Assembly: GCA_964016885.1 (NCBI GenBank)
Contig: OZ024766.1
Span: 558,001-622,000, forward strand
Origin: Eledone cirrhosa
Taxonomy: Eukaryota
Length of the DNA stretch: 64,000 nt
Direction: 5' to 3'
Below are positions 1 to 13,004 of this stretch, one piece after another; positions within the stretch are counted from its first letter, which is position 1, and every line of letters starts with the position of its first letter. A program made the translations under genes and the position numbers. The notes under the pieces are model-generated. The model saw nothing but the letters and a program-made list of their open reading frames with translations, was not told the origin of the DNA and searched no databases.

Positions 1-309
1 GCGATGTATGTATAGTATATTTGATAATATACTGTATGTTTATTTAAAAGCATTTTGAAGAACATTCGCTATGAGTTTTAAAGTATTGACTATGTCACTT
101 ACTTGGTCTCGCCAAAAGCAAAGGGAAGCAACCGACAGCCGTTTCTCACTCCCTAGCAGTTATCAAGATTGCAAATCCCTTTATGATTTAATTTTCCTTA
201 GACCCTAATTAATAATTGTTCAGGGAAACTACCACATATTCGCGGAATTGTAAATATCTTCTGAGATTTTTTAATGGCTTTTTGCGTGACATTATATATA
301 TAGAGAGTA

Positions 310-570
310 GGGCGGTGGATTGGCAGTATCGGTAGAGGGTCGGACGCCATGCTTTGACGCATAGAGTTACGGCCCTTGCCATTCTGAGTTCAAATCCCGC
401 CGAGGTTGACTTTGCCTTTCATCCTTACGGGGTCGATAAAATAAAGTACCAGTAATGCACTGGGTAATTGCTGGCCTTGTGCCAATAGTAGAAACAATTA
501 TATATATAGAGAGTGTACCAGTAATACACTGGGATAATTGCTGGCCTTGTGCCTTAAGTAGAAACAATTA
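310..570 (+). mobile_element. SINE family B (tRNA-like head, Deu/Nin-like central domain), with duplicated tail
   Basis: A box TGGCAGTATCGGTAG, B box GAGTTCAAATCC, domain gactttgcctttcatccttacggggtcgataaaataaagtaccag and tail gcc-ttgtgcc-aaagtagaaacaatta. The domain name is from recall. Confidence 0.8.
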
Positions 571-574
571 TATA

Positions 575-998
575 TAGAGAGAGAGGGAGACAGGGACATA
601 CAGAGAGACAGGGAGGGAGGGAGACAGACAGACAGACAGAGAGACAGGGAGGGAGGGAGACAGACTGACAGACAGACAGGGAGACAGACAGACTGACAGA
701 GAGACAGAGAGACAGGGAGGGAGACAGACAGACAGGGAGACAGACAGACAGAGAGACAGGGAGGGAGGGAGACAGACAGACAGGGAGATAGACTGACAGA
801 CAGACAGGGAGACAGACAGACAGAGAGACAGGGAGGGAGGGAGACAGACAGACAGGGAGATAGACTGACAGACAGACAGAGAGACAGAGAGACAGGGAGG
901 GAGGGAGACAGACAGAGAGACAGACAGACTGACAGAGAGATAGACAGACATACAGAGACAGACAGACAGACAGACAAAGAGACAGACAGACAGAGACA
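575..998. repeat. (GACA/GGGA)n simple repeat
   Basis: Direct inspection. Confidence 0.95.
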
Positions 999-1159
999 CA
1001 ATGAATTAAAAATAAAAAAAACGGATATAACTTCACATTCATATCTCAACAATGGCCACCGCCCCACCCCACCGCACTACAGCCCCACACCCCCCCGGGA
1101 GGGAAGGGGGGGGGGGCAGACACGTGAGGATATTGGTATGACTTCCACCATATCTATCA

Positions 1160-1635
1160 TCACCATAGCTTGCATTACCATCATCATCATAAACTCCAAA
1201 ACTGGCACCACCACCACCACCATCACTATCACCACCACCACCATCACCACCACCACCATTACCATCACTTTCACCACTACCATCATCATCACCACCAACA
1301 TCACCACCATCACCACCACCACCACCATCACCATTACTTTCACCACCATCATCACCACAACCACCACAACCACCACCATCATCACCATCACCACCACCAT
1401 CACCACCACCACCATCATCACCACTACCACCCCACACTACCATCATCACCACCACCATCACCATCACCACCACCACCATCACCACCGCCATCACTACCAC
1501 CACCACCACCATCACCATTACCATCACTTTCACCACCACCATCAACACCACCACCACCATCACCACCACCATCACCACCACCACCATCACCACCACCACC
1601 ATCATCACCACTACCACCCCCACACTACCATCATA
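1160..1635. repeat. (CAC/CAT)n simple repeat
   Basis: Direct inspection. Confidence 0.95.
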
Positions 1636-1816
1636 CCACTGGAACAATGGTTACAAACACCAAATATTTGGAAGTCAATGAACTTTGTAGAACAAAAGAT
1701 GGCGGAGGCAGCATTTCTGCTGTTGAATTTTGTTGATGCATCTGTATATAATTGAGTCAGGTGCCCAACAGCTGAGCTCTTGCTGTCTAGGTCCCAAATC
1801 TTTATAATATAGCCAT

Positions 1817-2190
1817 ACTGTAAAGTGGAGGGGTAGAGAGGGCCCCTGAGTTCAGTAAGACAACCTCTCTAGTGCTGGTGGCATGGATAAAAGCACCCTG
1901 TCCAAGCTGTAAAATGGAGGGGTAGAGAGGGCCCCTGAGTCCAGTAAGGTGACCTCTCTAGTGCTGGTGGCATAGATAAAAGCACCCTGTCCAAGCTGTA
2001 AAGTGGAGGGGTAGAGAGGGCCCCTGAGTCCAGTAAGACAACCTCTCTAGTGCTGGTGGCACTGATAAAAGCACCCAGTCCAAGTTGTAAAGTGGAGGGG
2101 TAGAGAGGGCCCCTGAGTCCAGTAAGATGACCTCTCTAGTGCTGGTGGCACGGATAAAAGCATCCAGTCCAAGTTGTAAAGTGGTGCTGG
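1817..2190 (+). repeat. About 89-bp tandem repeat x4 ending in a SINE tail
   Basis: Units start at tgtaaagtgg and are followed by gttaggaagggcatcca..gcaagcagggaaaagcagacgtaaaa. Confidence 0.85.
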
Positions 2191-2727
2191 TGTTAGGAAG
2201 GGCATCCAACCAGTATATATACTACTGCCAAAATTATGAGCACAACAAATGTCCAACTCTTGCAAGCAGGGAAAAGCAGACGTAAAATACCCCAAGTATC
2301 AAGTACTCTGTTGAGTAAGGGTCTAACTAGTTTTAAACTGAATTATATATATATATGAATATATATATATCATCATCATCATCATCGTTTAATGTCTATC
2401 TTCCACGCTAGCATGGGTTTAGACGAGAATTGTCCCACTTGAGGTAAGATTGGTCGTCTCGCTCGTATGGGACTGTCTGGCAGGTTTTCTACGGCTGGAT
2501 GCCCTTTATAACACCAACCACGTTTACAGTGTGGACTGGGAGGTTTTTACCGTGTTACCTACACGGCCACATTACAGCGTGGACTGTGTGTTTTTTTGTC
2601 GTGATACCTACACGACCTCATTTATTTAGGACTGGATGTTGTGGTACCAACATAACTCTACAGAGAAAGGGGTGGTGTTGATGGGGAAGTTGGGGTAGTG
2701 GGAGGGGGTGTATATAGCAAAGGTATA

Positions 2728-3297
2728 TAATTTCACAAATGTTTACCAATAGAGAGAGAGTCGGTTTCTAACATAGACACAAGACTCTCTTGTTGGAATT
2801 TACACATCAACTAGGTAGGTATGTATGTATATCTGCATGTGTAGATATGGATGTTATTGTATGTGTGGATGTGGATGTTTTGAGTTGTATGTATGCAGTG
2901 TATATGCTTTGTATCTGTACATGTGTATATGCAGTTATTAGATGCAAAATATTTGGAATGTTTTACATAATTTTACTGTTCCATTAATGGATTGTATTTG
3001 TAATTTCCTAACTAGTTGTGTTCTTTCTGTTTCTGTGAAGCCTAGCTTCTCAAGATTTGTATTGAGGCAGTTACTAACATACCCCAGTGCCCCAATAATC
3101 ACAGGCATATATCTGAAGATGTAATCAGGGTGGAGTATCTGCAGATTTATTATTAGTTCTGCATAAATATTCTCCTTTTCGCTAATCTTTGATATTATAT
3201 TGGCATCTACTGGGCTCCCATATCATTATATCTGGTCTGTTATGCCTGCATTTTATTGGGGCTTTTACTGGAACATTCCACCAGTACTCTTTCATAT
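2728..3297 (-). mobile_element. R4/Dong-clade non-LTR retrotransposon 3' fragment (restriction-like endonuclease)
   Basis: Minus-strand translation EYWWNVPVKAPIKCRHNRPDIMIW / SPVDANIISKISEKENIYAEL..YMPVIIGALGYV..KLCKTFQIFCI* (stop at 2938-2940), with an internal deletion/frameshift after the PD motif. Not in the ORF track. Confidence 0.85.
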
Positions 3298-3372
3298 GTA
3301 TGTATATATCTCTCTATCTATGCATACATACATACAGACATAAATACATTCGTACATCATACATATATATAT

Positions 3373-3723
3373 ATCATCATCATCATCATCATCATTTCAT
3401 TTTACGTCCGCTTTTTCCCTGCTTGCAAGGGTGGGACGGGAACTGATGCTGGCTTGATTTCTACAGCTGGATGCCCTTCCTAACACCAACCTCATCTACA
3501 GTGAGTGCTGGATGCTTTTTTGCCGTGGCACCTCCACGACCACTTTACAGTGGAATGATAGGGACCCCAGTCCCTATCATCTCATTTCTACAGCTGAGTA
3601 AACTGGAGCAATGTGAAATAAAGTGTCTTGCTCAAGGAAACAACACATCACCCGGTCTGAGAATTGAACTCACAACCTTTCGATTGCAAGGCCAATGCTC
3701 TAACCACTAAGCCAAGTGCCTCC
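3373..3723 (-). mobile_element. SINE family A copy
   Basis: Near-identical reverse complement of 10061-10398. Confidence 0.9.
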
Positions 3724-4399
3724 ATATATATATGTCATCATCATCATCATCATCATCTTCGTTTAACGTCTATTTTCCACGCTAGCATGGGTTAGACTGT
3801 GTGTATGTATATATTACAAACTATATTTAAATTCAAGAGAATGGTGTCAGATATTTCATCGTTTATATCAATGATGTGTGAGGAGGGGTAGGGGTGTGTG
3901 AATGGTGGTGGTGGGGGTGGGGGGTCTGACAGACAGACAGGCTGCTGACAGATGGAATACTGGACAGAAATAGCTAAGCACCTGCTGTCATTATGTTTTC
4001 CTGAGATTCTAAGAGAGAAAGAGAGTTAATGTCACATGCCCATAGTCATTCATGGCATTTTGTGTGTGTGTGTGTGGTTATGTGTGTGTGTGTGTGGTTA
4101 TGTGTGTGTGTGTGTGTGGTTATGTGTGTGTGTGTGGTTATGTGTGTGTGTGGTTATGTGTGTGTGTGTGGTTATGTGTGTGTGTGTGTGTGGTTATGTG
4201 TGTGTGTGTGTGTGTGTGTGGTTATGTGTGTGTGTGTGTGGTTATGTGTGTGTGTGTGTGTGTGGTTATGTGTGTGTGTGTGTGGTTATGTGTGTGTGTG
4301 TGGTTATGTGTGTGTGTGTGTGTGGTTATGTGTGTGTGTGTGTGTGGTTATGTGTGTGTGTGTGTGTGGTTATGTGTGTTTGTTTTATCTATCTGCTGC

Positions 4400-4491
<92 letters not shown>

Positions 4492-4516
4492 TTGTATATT
4501 TACTCTCTCTCTCTTT

Positions 4517-4550
<34 letters not shown>

Positions 4551-4579
4551 ATGTATATATGCATATACATATATATATG

Positions 4580-4669
<90 letters not shown>

Positions 4670-4839
4670 TATACATATATATATATATATATAGACCTCA
4701 GTAATACAGAACACCTGACTTCCCACGGGTACAAGCCAGAGCTAAAGCATATAGTCAGTATGCCCCCACCCCCTCCAACTGTAAAGTGGTCATGTAGGTG
4801 TCACAACAAAAAGCACCCAGTCCACACTGTAAAGTGGTC

Positions 4840-4873
<34 letters not shown>

Positions 4874-4924
4874 ATATATATATTTGTACATATATATATA
4901 TATATACACACTTATATATATACG

Positions 4925-4971
<47 letters not shown>

Positions 4972-4974
<3 letters not shown>

Positions 4975-5137
4975 GGAACAAGTAAGACCCCCGACGGCAG
5001 AGCTCAGAATTAGCCGTCGAAACGGCTTGAGCTCAGCCGTCGGGGTCTTACTTGTTCCTATTACCCACTCTACTACCCTAAGTATTGAGTACTTTGGTGC
5101 GTTATGGTCCATCTGGTTCCTTACCACATTTCCTTCG

Positions 5138-5140
<3 letters not shown>
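4972..5140 (+). mobile_element. (TA)n-inserted hairpin element, family H (copies at 13002-13200, 20590-20764, 26094-26206, 33142-33353)
   Basis: Shared core tagccgtcgaaacggcttgagctc..ggggtc..cctat, an about 75-nt tail, and an inverted 5' arm of variable length. Confidence 0.8.
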
Positions 5141-5177
<37 letters not shown>

Positions 5178-5337
5178 TCATCATCATCACTATTTAACAT
5201 CCACCTTCCAAACTAGCATTGGTTAGATGGATTGTTCTATTTGAGTCTGGTTGAGGTCAGGTGACCATATCCTGCTCATATAGAACTGTTTCTGGGTAGA
5301 TTTCTACAGCTGGATGCCCTTTGTAACGCCAACCACA

Positions 5338-6132
5338 TTTACAGTGTGGACTGGGTGCTTTTTGTTGTGACACCTACATGACCACTTTACAGTGTGGACT
5401 GGGTGTCTTTTGTTGTGACACCTACATGACCACTTTACAGTGTGGACTGGGAGCTTTTTGTTGTGACACCTACATGACCACTTTACAGTGTGGACTGGGA
5501 GCTTTTTGTTGTGACACCTACATGACCACTTTACAGTGTGGACTGGGAGCTTTTTGTTGTGACACCTACATGACCACTTTACAGTGTGGACTGGGAGCTT
5601 TTTGTTGTGACACCTACATGACCACTTTACAGTGTGGACTGGGAGCTTTTTGTTGTGACACTTACATGACCATTTAACAGTGTGGACTGGGAGCTTTTTG
5701 TTGTGACACCTACATGACCACTTTACAGTGTGGACTGGGAGCTTTTTGTTGTGACACTTACATGACCATTTAACAGTGTGGACTGGGAGCTTTTTGTTGT
5801 GACACCTACATGACCACTTTACAGTGTGGACTGGGTGCTTTTTGTTGTGACACCTACATGACCACTTTACAGTGTGGACTGGGTGTTTTTTGTCGTGACA
5901 CCTATATGACCACTTTACAGTGTGGACTGGGTACTTTTTGTTGTGACATCTACATGACCACTTTACAGTGTGGACTGGGAGCTTTTTGTTGTGACATCTA
6001 CATGACCACTTTACAGTGTGGACTGGGTACTTTTTGTTGTGACACCTACATGACCACTTTACAGTGTGGGCTGGGTACTTTTTGTTGTGACACCTACATG
6101 ACCACTTTACAGTGTGGACTGGGTGTTTTTTG
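5338..6132 (-). repeat. 48-bp minisatellite (about 16-17 units), SINE-derived
   Basis: Unit tttacagtgtggactgggagctttttgttgtgacacctacatgaccac. Confidence 0.95.
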
Positions 6133-6174
6133 TTCGATGGATGTGTAATGGTAATAGAAGGAAACGGCAAAGTA

Positions 6175-6500
6175 TAAACAAATTGAGAGAAGAGACTAAG
6201 CATAGAAGGAATCAAATGCTGTGTGCAGGAGAGGAGGTTGCATTGGTATGGACATGTGATGCGTATGAAGGATGACAGCTGCATAAAAAGGTGCAGCGCA
6301 CTAAAAGTCTCAGAGTGGGAAGACCTGGAATGACGTGATTAAGGAAGACCTGGAATGAGGTGATTAAAAGCTGACCTTGCCAATTACACCTCTCAAAGGT
6401 GATGAGACAGGACCGACCTCTGGCATCACACAGTAATAGAGAAGACCTGACTTCCCACGGGTACAAGCCGAAGCTGAAGCATATAGACAGTCTGTCCTCA
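6175..6500 (+). mobile_element. Old degenerate RTE 3' fragment
   Basis: caggagaggaggttgcattggtatggacatgtgatgcgtatg translates to QERRLHWYGHVMRM. Its tail is duplicated at about 4698-4760. Confidence 0.65.
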
Positions 6501-6509
6501 CCCTCCTCA

Positions 6510-8624
6510 CACTGTAAAGTGGCCGTGGTTGAGTCTTGACAAAAAAAGCACCCAGCCCTCACTGTAAAGTGGTCGTGGAGGCGCCACAGCAAAAAAGCAC
6601 CCAGCACTCACTGTAAAGTGGTCGTGGAGGCGCCACCACAAAAAAGCACCCAGCACTCACTGTAAAGTGGTCGTGGAGGCGCCACAGCAAAAAAGCACCC
6701 AGCACTCACTGTAAAGTGGTCGTGGAGGCGCCACCACAAAAAAGCACCCAGCACTCACTGTAAAGTGGTCGTGGAGGCGCCACAGCAAAAAAGCACCCAG
6801 CACTCACTGTAAAGTGGTCGTGGAGGCGCCACAGCAAAAAAGCACCCAGCACTCACTGTAAAGTGGTCGTGGAGGGGCCACAGCAAAAAAGCACCCAGCA
6901 CTCACTGTAAAGTGGTCGTGGAGGGGCCACAGCAAAAAAGCACCCAGCACTCACTGTAAAGTGGTCGTGGAGGGGCCACAGCAAAAAAGCACCCAGCACT
7001 CACTGTAAAGTGGTCGTGGAGGCGCCACAGCAAAAAAGCACCCAGCACTCACTGTAAAGTGGTCGTGGAGGCGCCACAGCAAAAAAGCACCCAGCACTCA
7101 CTGTAAAGTGGTCGTGGAGGCGCCACAGCAAAAAAGCACCCGGCACTCACTGTAAAGTGGTCGTGGAGGCGCCACAGCAAAAAAGCACCCGGCACTCACT
7201 GTAAAGTGGTCGTGGAGGGGCCACAGCAAAAAAGCACCCAGCACTCACTGTAAAGTGGACGTGGAGACGCCACGGCAAAAAAGCACCCAGCCCACACTGT
7301 AAAGTGGTCGTGGAGGGGCCACAGCAAAAAAGCACCCAGCACTCACTGTAAAGTGGTCGTGGAGGGGCCACAGCAAAAAAGCACCCAGCACTCACTGTAA
7401 AGTGGTCGTGGAGGCGCCACAGCAAAAAAGCACCCAGCACTCACTGTAAAGTGGTCGTGGAGGGGCCACAGCAAAAAAGCACCCAGCACTCACTGTAAAG
7501 TGGTCGTGGAGGCGCCACAGCAAAAAAGCACCCGGCACTCACTGTAAAGTGGTCGTGGAGGGGCCACGGCAAAAAAGCACCCAGCACTCACTGTAAAGTG
7601 GTCGTGGAGGGGCCACAGCAAAAAAGCACCCGGCACTCACTGTAAAGTGGTCGTGGAGGGGCCACGGCAAAAAAGCACCCAGCCCACACTGTAAAGTGGT
7701 CGTGGAGGGGCCACAGCAAAAAAGCACCCAGCACTCACTGTAAAGTGGTCGTGGAGGGGCCACAGCAAAAAAGCACCCGGCACTCACTGTAAAGTGGTCG
7801 TGGAGGGGCCACGGCAAAAAAGCACCCAGCCCACACTGTAAAGTGGTCGTGGAGGGGCCACAGCAAAAAAGCACCCAGCACTCACTGTCAAGTGGACGTG
7901 GAGACGCCACGGCAAAAAAGCACCCAGCCCACACTGTAAAGTGGTCGTGGAGGCGCCACAGCAAAAAAGCACCCGGCACTCACTGTAAAGTGGTCGTGGA
8001 GGGGCCACAGCAAAAAAGCACCCAGCACTCACTGTAAAGTGGTCGTGGAGGGGCCACAGCAAAAAAGCACCCGGCACTCACTGTAAAGTGGTCGTGGAGG
8101 GGCCACAGCAAAAAAGCACCCAGCACTCACTGTAAAGTGGACGTGGAGACGCCACGGCAAAAAAGCACCCAGCCCTCACTGTAAAGTGGACGTGGAGACG
8201 CCACGGCAAAAAAGCACCCAGCACTCACTGTAAAGTGGTCGTGGAGGTGCCACAGCAAAAAAAGCACCCAGCACTCACTGTAAAGTGGTCGTGGAGGCGC
8301 CACAGCAAAAAAGCACCCGGCACTCACTGTAAAGTGGACGTGGAGACGCCACGGCAAAAAAGCACCCAGCACTCACTGTAAAGTGGTCGTGGAGGCGCCA
8401 CAGCAAAAAAAGCACCCAGCACTCACTGTAAAGTGGTCGTGGAGGTGCCACAGCAAAAAAAGCACCCAGCACTCACTGTAAAGTGGTCGTGGAGGTGCCA
8501 CAGCAAAAAAGCACCCAGCACTCACTGTAAATGAGGTTGGTGTTAGGAAGGGCATCCAGCTGTAGAAATCAAGCCAGGATCAGTTCCCATCCCACCCCTG
8601 CAAGCAGGCAAAAGTGGACGTAAA

Positions 8625-8656
<32 letters not shown>
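6510..8656 (+). repeat. 49-bp minisatellite (about 40 units) ending in a SINE A tail
   Basis: The unit cactgtaaagtggtcgtggaggcgccacagcaaaaaagcacccagcact is the internal segment of SINE A. Confidence 0.95.
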
Positions 8657-8971
8657 ATATATGGCCACTCTGATGTCGATACAATGGTGCTACATTAAGC
8701 TATTCTGCGGCTGAAGTGGTCAGATGGGGGAACTGGTCAATCAGTCCAAACCACTTCTAACCAACTAGCCAACCAATAGATCTATAGATCAATTGATAGA
8801 TTGATTGCAGGAGGCTGTGATTGGCTAGTTGGTAGGTTGGTTATGGGTGGTGCGGTGTGTCTGGACTACGGACAAAGTTTTGGATAGGAGTGGCGACATT
8901 GTTGTGCCAAGAATGTGTCTTCACAATTCTATGTGTGTGTGTGTGTGATAGATATGTATGTGTGTGTGTGG

Positions 8972-9011
<40 letters not shown>

Positions 9012-9046
9012 ATTTATATATATTTATATTTATATATATATATATT

Positions 9047-9079
<33 letters not shown>

Positions 9080-9161
9080 TTATATATATATTTATATATA
9101 TATTTATATATATATTTATATATTTATATATATATTTATATATATATTTATATTTATATAT

Positions 9162-9433
9162 ATCATCATCATCATTTTACGTCCACTTTTCCCTGCTTGC
9201 AAGGGTGGGACGGGACCTGATTCTGGCTTGATTTCTACAGCTGGATGCCCTTCCTAACACCAACCTCATTTACAGTGAGTGCTGGGTGCTTTTTTGCTGT
9301 GGCCCCTCCACGACCACTTTACAGTGGAATGATAGGGACCCCAGTCCCTATCATCTCATTTCTACAGCTGAGTAAACTGGAGCAATGTGAAATAAAGTGT
9401 CTTGCTCAAGGAAACAACACATCACCTGGTCTG
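9162..9433 (-). mobile_element. SINE family A copy, 5'-truncated
   Basis: Lacks the tRNA head; otherwise as 10061. Confidence 0.85.
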
Positions 9434-9987
9434 TAAAAGTAGAAACAATTATTACAGGGTTGATAAAATAAAGTACCAGTAATGCACTGGGGTAATTGCT
9501 GGCCTTGTGCCCCCCAAAAGTAGAAACAATTATGTAACAAGGCCATCTAAATTCACGTGACAATGGAATGAAGAAAGATAATGGACAAAAATAATGTTTT
9601 TGAAGCGTTTATCCGTGCCCTTGTGGGCTTCAGTTCCCCCCCACAGCTTTCCTTTATATTTGCAGAGGTGCCTACTGACTGTAGGTTTAAGTCTGTATGC
9701 GAGGGAAGGTGGGTCTTCTGTATTACTGCGTGGCGCCAAAAATCTCGATCCAATAACATTACAAGAATGCATATATATATATAATTGCATGTATAACTAT
9801 TTCATATAGAGATAACCAACAGTGTTATTGTACTCATTTCTATACAACACACATATATGTATATATATGTCTATGTATGCATATGCATGTATATGTGTAT
9901 ATATATATCATCATCATCATCATCATCATTCTTATTTGTTGTGGTGCTCATAATTATATAATGTATATATAAGTATGTATGTTTGTA

Positions 9988-10060
<73 letters not shown>

Positions 10061-10398
10061 GGAGGCACATGGCTTAGTGGTTAGAGCATTGGCCTTGCAA
10101 TTGAAAGGTTGTGAGTTCAATCCTCAGACCGGGTGATGTGTTGTGTCCTTGAGCAAGGCACTTTATTTCACATTGCTCCAGTTTACTCAGCTGTAGAAAT
10201 GAGATGATAGGGACTGGGGTCCCTATCATTCCACTGCAAAGTGGTCGTGGAGGTGCCACGGCAAAAAAGCACCCAGCACTCACTGTAAATGAGGTTGGTG
10301 TTAGGAAGGGCATCCAGCTGTAGAAATCAAGCCAGAATCAGTTCCCGTCCCACCCTTGCAAGCAGGGAAAAGCGAACGCAAAATGATGATGATGATGA
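10061..10398 (+). mobile_element. SINE family A, full-length copy (tRNA head + CORE-like domain + RTE-derived tail)
   Basis: A box TGGCTTAGTGG, B box GAGTTCAATCC, CORE-like gtgtccttgagcaaggcacttta, hairpin atgatagggac-tggg-gtccctatcat and tail cccttgcaagcagggaaaagc..cgtaaaa(tga)n. Confidence 0.9.
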
Positions 10399-10747
10399 TT
10401 ATATATATGTATATATATATATATCATGATTATTCTTATTTGTTGTGGTGCTCATAATTATATAATGTATATATAAGTATGTATGTTTGTATATATATAT
10501 ATATATATATAGTAAAAAATTGAACGGGAACAAAACAGAGAGGCAGTACGAACAAAGGTTTATTAGTTTCACGCTCTTGGTGATATATATATGTATGTGT
10601 GTATGCATAAATACCTTCAAAGCACAGGCATTGCCTGTTCAGGTTATATTACAGGTTTGTGTGGCTGGCCAAACTCTATAATCTGACAACCTATTGCAAT
10701 ACTCTTAGCAGAGTTTGCAGCCATCATATATATATATATATATATAT

Positions 10748-11082
10748 ATCATCATCATTTTACGTCCGCTTTTTCCCTGCTTGCAAGGGCGGGGCGGGAA
10801 CTGATTCTGGCTTGATTTCTACAGCTGGATGCCCTTCCTAACACCAACCTCATTTACAGTGAGTGCTGGGTGCTTTTTTTGCCGTGGCACCTCCACGTCC
10901 ACATTGCAGTGGAATGATAGGGACCCCAGTCCCTATCATCTCATTTCTACAGCTGAGTAAACTGGAGCAATGTGAAATAAAGTGTCTTGCTCAAGGAAAC
11001 AACACATCACCCGGTCTGAGAATTGAACTCACAAACTTCCGATTGCAAGGCCAATGCTCTAACCACTAAGCCATGTGCCTCC
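10748..11082 (-). mobile_element. SINE family A copy
   Basis: Inverted relative to the 10061 copy about 350 bp away. Confidence 0.9.
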
Positions 11083-11119
<37 letters not shown>

Positions 11120-11147
11120 AACATTCATATATATATATGAATGTATG

Positions 11148-11199
<52 letters not shown>

Positions 11200-11237
11200 T
11201 ATATGTATGTATACACACACACACACAAACACATACA

Positions 11238-11313
<76 letters not shown>

Positions 11314-11351
11314 TATATGTATGTATACACACACACACACAAACACATACA

Positions 11352-11421
<70 letters not shown>

Positions 11422-11462
11422 TGTATGTGTCCATGCCACGATACATTATATATATCAGACAC

Positions 11463-11658
11463 TCATGTCCTAGATTCAGTACAGAACTGAGGGTACCAGG
11501 GTAGGGACTCAGTGAAGCGACAAGGACTTGCGGTGGGGAGTGGATAGAGTGGGTTGGGAGCAACGTTTTTCATCCAATTTATTCCTTTGTATGTCATTGC
11601 TGGGGTAGGAAAAGTGGCTTGGAGGGACTGTCGGCTGTTTCTTTCATTTTTTTTTTTT
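11463..11658 (-). CDS. Candidate terminal exon ([64 protein letters not shown])
   Basis: Good acceptor tttttcccattcaacacag, one open frame of 65 codons, and a phase-2 start compatible with the 19452-19511 exon. Confidence 0.35.
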
Positions 11659-11802
11659 CTGTGTTGAATGGGAAAAATATTAAGCAGAAGATTCCAAATT
11701 TTTGTTTTTTCATTGTATGTGTATGTGTGTGTGTATATATCTATGTATGTATGTGGTTGTGTTTTATTTATCTGTCTATATGTGTATGTGTGTGCATATA
11801 TA

Positions 11803-12432
11803 TCCGGGAATATGTCCTGTTTTCCGTGAATATGTGGTGTTTTCCGCGAATATGTGGTGTCTTCCGCGAATATGTGGTGTTTTCCGCGAATATGTCCTGT
11901 TTTCCGCGAATATGTCTTGTTTTCCGCGAATATGTAGTGTTTTCCGCGAATATGTGGTGTTTTCTGCGAATATGTGGTGTCTTCCGCGAATATGTGGTGT
12001 TTTCCGCGAATATGTGGTGTTTTCCGGGAATATGTAGTGTTTTCCAGGAATATGTAGTGTTTTCCGGGAATATGTGGTGTTTTCCAGGAATATGTCCTGT
12101 TTTCCGGGAATATGTGGTGTTTTCCGGGAATATGTGGTGTTTTCCAGGAGTATATGTCCTGTTTTCGGGGAATATGTGGTGTTTTCCGGGAATATGTGGT
12201 GTTTTCCAGGAGTATATGTCCTGTTTTCCGGGAATATATGGTGTTTACCGGGAATATGTCCTGTTTTCCGCAAATATGTCCTGTTTTCCGCGAATATGTG
12301 GTGTCTTCCGCGAATATGTGGTGGTTTCTACGAACAATTATTAGTTAGGATCTGAGGAAAATTCTGTGAAAAACTGGGGCCGCGAATGTTGGGTCTGCAA
12401 ATGTTGGGTTCGCAAATGTCGGGGCTACCCTC
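11803..12432. repeat. 20-bp minisatellite (tttccgcgaatatgtggtgt), about 25 units, next to a probable MITE end
   Basis: Direct inspection. Related cgcgaatgt motifs recur up to ggggctaccc at 12430. Confidence 0.85.
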
Positions 12433-12796
12433 TATAGACATGTATGTATGCAAAAGGGAAACAGAATCAACAAAGCAAACAACACACTATATACATTATC
12501 ATGAGTGTATATATGTTCGTGTGTTTGATGTATAAACATATGTATATGTACACACCAACAGCAACAATGCTTTCAAGGACATTTACACACACACACACAC
12601 ACATATATATATGTATATATATATATGTAACGGTTATATTTAATTTCTTGGGATACAACAAGCAAAATATTTTTATAACTGATATAAAGCACTCAACAGT
12701 TTAGTGGAGTAAATATACTATCCAGGAGATTACAACCAGAATGGTTGCATTTTTTCAGGGTATGTCAATATTTATTTATAAAACTAACCTATATTA

Positions 12797-12862
12797 TATT
12801 TTATCTGATGAAAGTGCACCATAGTTTGCCTTGGTGGCCCTTGAAATATGTATAATGAAATA
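12797..12862 (+). ncRNA. Type I hammerhead ribozyme motif, intact core
   Basis: TATTTTAT-CTGATGA-aagtgcacca..tggtggccctt-GAAA-TATGT-ATA^ATGAAATA: 8-bp stem I, stem II cacca/tggtg, near-palindromic short stem III and AUA cleavage triplet. Confidence 0.8.
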
Positions 12863-12938
12863 AATATGGTTTTATAAATATAGTTTCCATTTGTTAATAT
12901 ATTGTATATGTATATATATATGTGAGTATATATATGTG

Positions 12939-13004
<66 letters not shown>

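Noticed and set aside
1138-1755. 205-aa ORF resembling a secreted Thr/His-rich protein
   Set aside because: It is dominated by (CAC/CAT)n, which is open in several frames. Only the unique ends are informative, and they are handled as candidate exons.
5338-8530. CRISPR-like appearance of regular arrays
   Set aside because: These are contiguous tandem units with no unique spacers and no cas genes, in a eukaryotic context.
8845-8928. Minus-strand terminal exon candidate
   Set aside because: The acceptor is weak, two frames are equally plausible and there is no consistent join to the gene model.
10061-10135. tRNA gene (Cys-like GCA anticodon region)
   Set aside because: It is the head of a multi-copy SINE with no proper acceptor stem, and it continues into CORE-like and LINE tail sequence.
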